Shown here piece by piece: positions 62,585 through 64,000 of a DNA stretch of 64,000 bases. The DNA comes from an uncultured Thermoplasmata archaeon. GTDB taxonomy: Archaea; Thermoplasmatota; Thermoplasmata; UBA10834. The stretch's first letter is position 1. The number at the start of each line of letters is the position of its first letter. The DNA lies in contig CAVRDX010000001.1 in the NCBI GenBank assembly GCA_963719945.1, positions 842,199-906,198 on the forward strand. The letters run 5' to 3'. The translations under genes were made by a program, and so were the position numbers. The notes below the pieces were generated by a model. The model was not told where the DNA came from and did not search any database. It was given only the letters and a program-made list of their open reading frames with translations.

Positions 62585-62857
62585 CTAGTCAGCCCTAGGG
62601 GTCATCATTCTGGGCAATATCATGAGAGTGAGTGAAACGCTGACTGCTATTGAACCAATGGCAACCATGAGAACGCCTGCCACAATTCCTTCTCTGTTAG
62701 GAGGCATGAGGAAGTATCCACCATAATCATCGCCGACGTCGTCGATTGGAATCCCGAGCCCTACAGCGCTGCAATTCCAGATTGCAAGAGTCCCAAGGAC
62801 TATAAGCAGCACTCCAACCGCTGCTCCTCCTGCTAACAGCACTAACTTACGCTGCAT
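62585..62857 (-). CDS. Small 2-TM protein
   Basis: Two hydrophobic helices; own promoter. Confidence 0.7.
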   Translation of the reverse strand: MQRKLVLLAGGAAVGVLLIVLGTLAIWNCSAVGLGIPIDDVGDDYGGYFLMPPNREGIVAGVLMVAIGSIAVSVSLTLMILPRMMTPRAD

Positions 62858-62875
62858 TTTCCCACACTCGCTTCA

Positions 62876-62905
62876 GAATCTCCTTTAATGGCTTAAGTGC
62901 TTCTC
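62876..62905 (-). promoter_or_regulatory. Cassette promoter repeat H
   Basis: Minus GAGAAGCACTTAAGCCATTAAAGGAGATTC. Confidence 0.72.
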
Positions 62906-62924
62906 TTGATCAATGGCGTATTCA

Positions 62925-63395
62925 TCAGAGATCATCTTCCCTAGACACAACGCCATGTACCATTACAATCAGACCGATAATGGCGACCACAAGGGATAAT
63001 GCTTGGATGATAGGGTCAATCGAATGTGTCACTGTCTCGTAGTATCCCATGCCCATGTAGACATCGTGCCAGACTTGTTCAGTCCAGGTGTATGTAATCG
63101 CCCAGTAGAACACGCCGAAGAATACGGCAGCTACAAGACCTCCTCCTAAGACATGGTTCGTTCTGATTCTCAGGGGTTGAGGCGACTGACGGTCGCTAAG
63201 GGCCGAAGGGCCATTTTCCATCATGCGTGGGGACAGAGCTTTGCCGCAGCCGCCGCAAAACTTCACATTTAGGTTGTTGATGAAACCACACATCGAGCAT
63301 CGAATAGCGACCGCTCCAACGTCCAGATGGTTTCCGCACTGCCCACAAAATTTGAGCCCCCACGAATTCTCTGCTCCGCAGTTCGGACACTTCAT
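62925..63395 (-). CDS. Double zinc-ribbon protein with 2 TMs
   Basis: MKCPNCG..FCGQCG..CSMCG..FCGGCG; SD GGTGA. Confidence 0.78.
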   Translation of the reverse strand: MKCPNCGAENSWGLKFCGQCGNHLDVGAVAIRCSMCGFINNLNVKFCGGCGKALSPRMMENGPSALSDRQSPQPLRIRTNHVLGGGLVAAVFFGVFYWAITYTWTEQVWHDVYMGMGYYETVTHSIDPIIQALSLVVAIIGLIVMVHGVVSREDDL

Positions 63396-63431
63396 GACAA
63401 CATCACCTACCTGATACCAGCTTTTCACGCT

Positions 63432-64000
63432 CTACCTATATGCACTCCACGTCAGCAACTTGGCTGCCAGTGTGGGTTCCTGGTCGCGACTATATCCTGT
63501 ACCGACGGGCTCAAGGAAGCTCAGTATTACGATTCCTGCAGCTAGCAGAGCAATAACGACTCCTATCCCTGGGATGAGGTCATGTTCGGGAATTCTACTG
63601 GTCAGTACTGTCGATACAAACCCAACAGATCCGACTATTTGGGGAATCCCGCCTAATGGTGTGAGAAAAGACAATACAGTTCCGATGATGAAGAGAGTAA
63701 CTGAATACCGAAAGCTGTCAGGAAATTCGCTGCCGCCTGCCAGAGGTTCGTCGAAATCGAATGCTCCGATGCCTATCTCCTCTCCCAGGCGGTCGGGAGT
63801 TATCGCCCAAGGAAGAAACAGCGCAACCACTGCAATTACGGCACCCAATAGACACAGCAAATTGACTCTGAGCTTATACGGTGGACCTCTTGAAGGCGCC
63901 TGCACTTGTTGGTATTGCATGGGCTGAGCTAGCATCGCACCACACTCTCCGCAGAATCGCATTTCTTCAGAGTTATCCGTTCCACAGTTCGAACACTTCA
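63432..64000 (-). CDS. Zinc ribbon plus 4-TM protein; start just outside window
   Basis: Frame open to the edge: KCSNCGTDNSEEMRFCGECG, then a TM domain paralogous to 61174-61638. Confidence 0.8.
   Translation of the reverse strand, partial: KCSNCGTDNSEEMRFCGECGAMLAQPMQYQQVQAPSRGPPYKLRVNLLCLLGAVIAVVALFLPWAITPDRLGEEIGIGAFDFDEPLAGGSEFPDSFRYSVTLFIIGTVLSFLTPLGGIPQIVGSVGFVSTVLTSRIPEHDLIPGIGVVIALLAAGIVILSFLEPVGTGYSRDQEPTLAAKLLTWSAYR

Larger units (their letters stand above)
59056..64000 (-). mobile_element. Array of small co-oriented cassette-like genes separated by conserved repeats; continues beyond window
   Basis: All genes on the minus strand, repeated arm and promoter motif, att-like fragments, AT-richer than the core. 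Confidence 0.7.

Noticed and set aside
59400-63000. Classical integron attC sites
   Set aside because: The repeats lack RYYYAAC/GTTRRRY ends and palindromic structure; no IntI is visible

Overview
Archaeal chromosome segment, most likely Thermoplasmata. This is inferred from RadA, class I CCA enzyme, fibrillarin, uS15, Kae1 and the gene neighbourhoods. A GC-rich core carries housekeeping genes (radA with a 174-aa mini-intein, cca, nadC, msrA, kae1, rps15, flpA, NAD kinase, glmU/glmM), an HdrDE-like pair, signalling proteins, three secreted clostripain-family peptidases, alanine dehydrogenase and a repeat-rich stalked surface protein. Two tRNA genes are present: intron-containing tRNA-Val(GAC) and tRNA-Leu(CAG). 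Each is followed by a more AT-rich accessory region (about 19.4-28.5 kb and 58.4-64 kb) of small membrane and zinc-ribbon genes, with no integrase or transposase visible. These regions have a hidden modular structure. Three extra copies of the tRNA-Val 3' end plus trailer cut the first region into 0.9-2.3 kb units. A second repeat family (tRNA-Ala-like 3' end, an 18-bp arm CCGCCCCTATGGCATTTT and a conserved promoter) punctuates the 59-64 kb gene array and recurs at 19.6-20.4 kb. The best candidate for an undescribed system is therefore an integrase-less, tRNA-anchored gene-cassette array. Also noted: a candidate anti-Shine-Dalgarno sRNA, probable CUG start codons, unannotated micro zinc-finger ORFs and a probable pseudo-histidine kinase. 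No database searches were run, so all calls rest on motif recognition.
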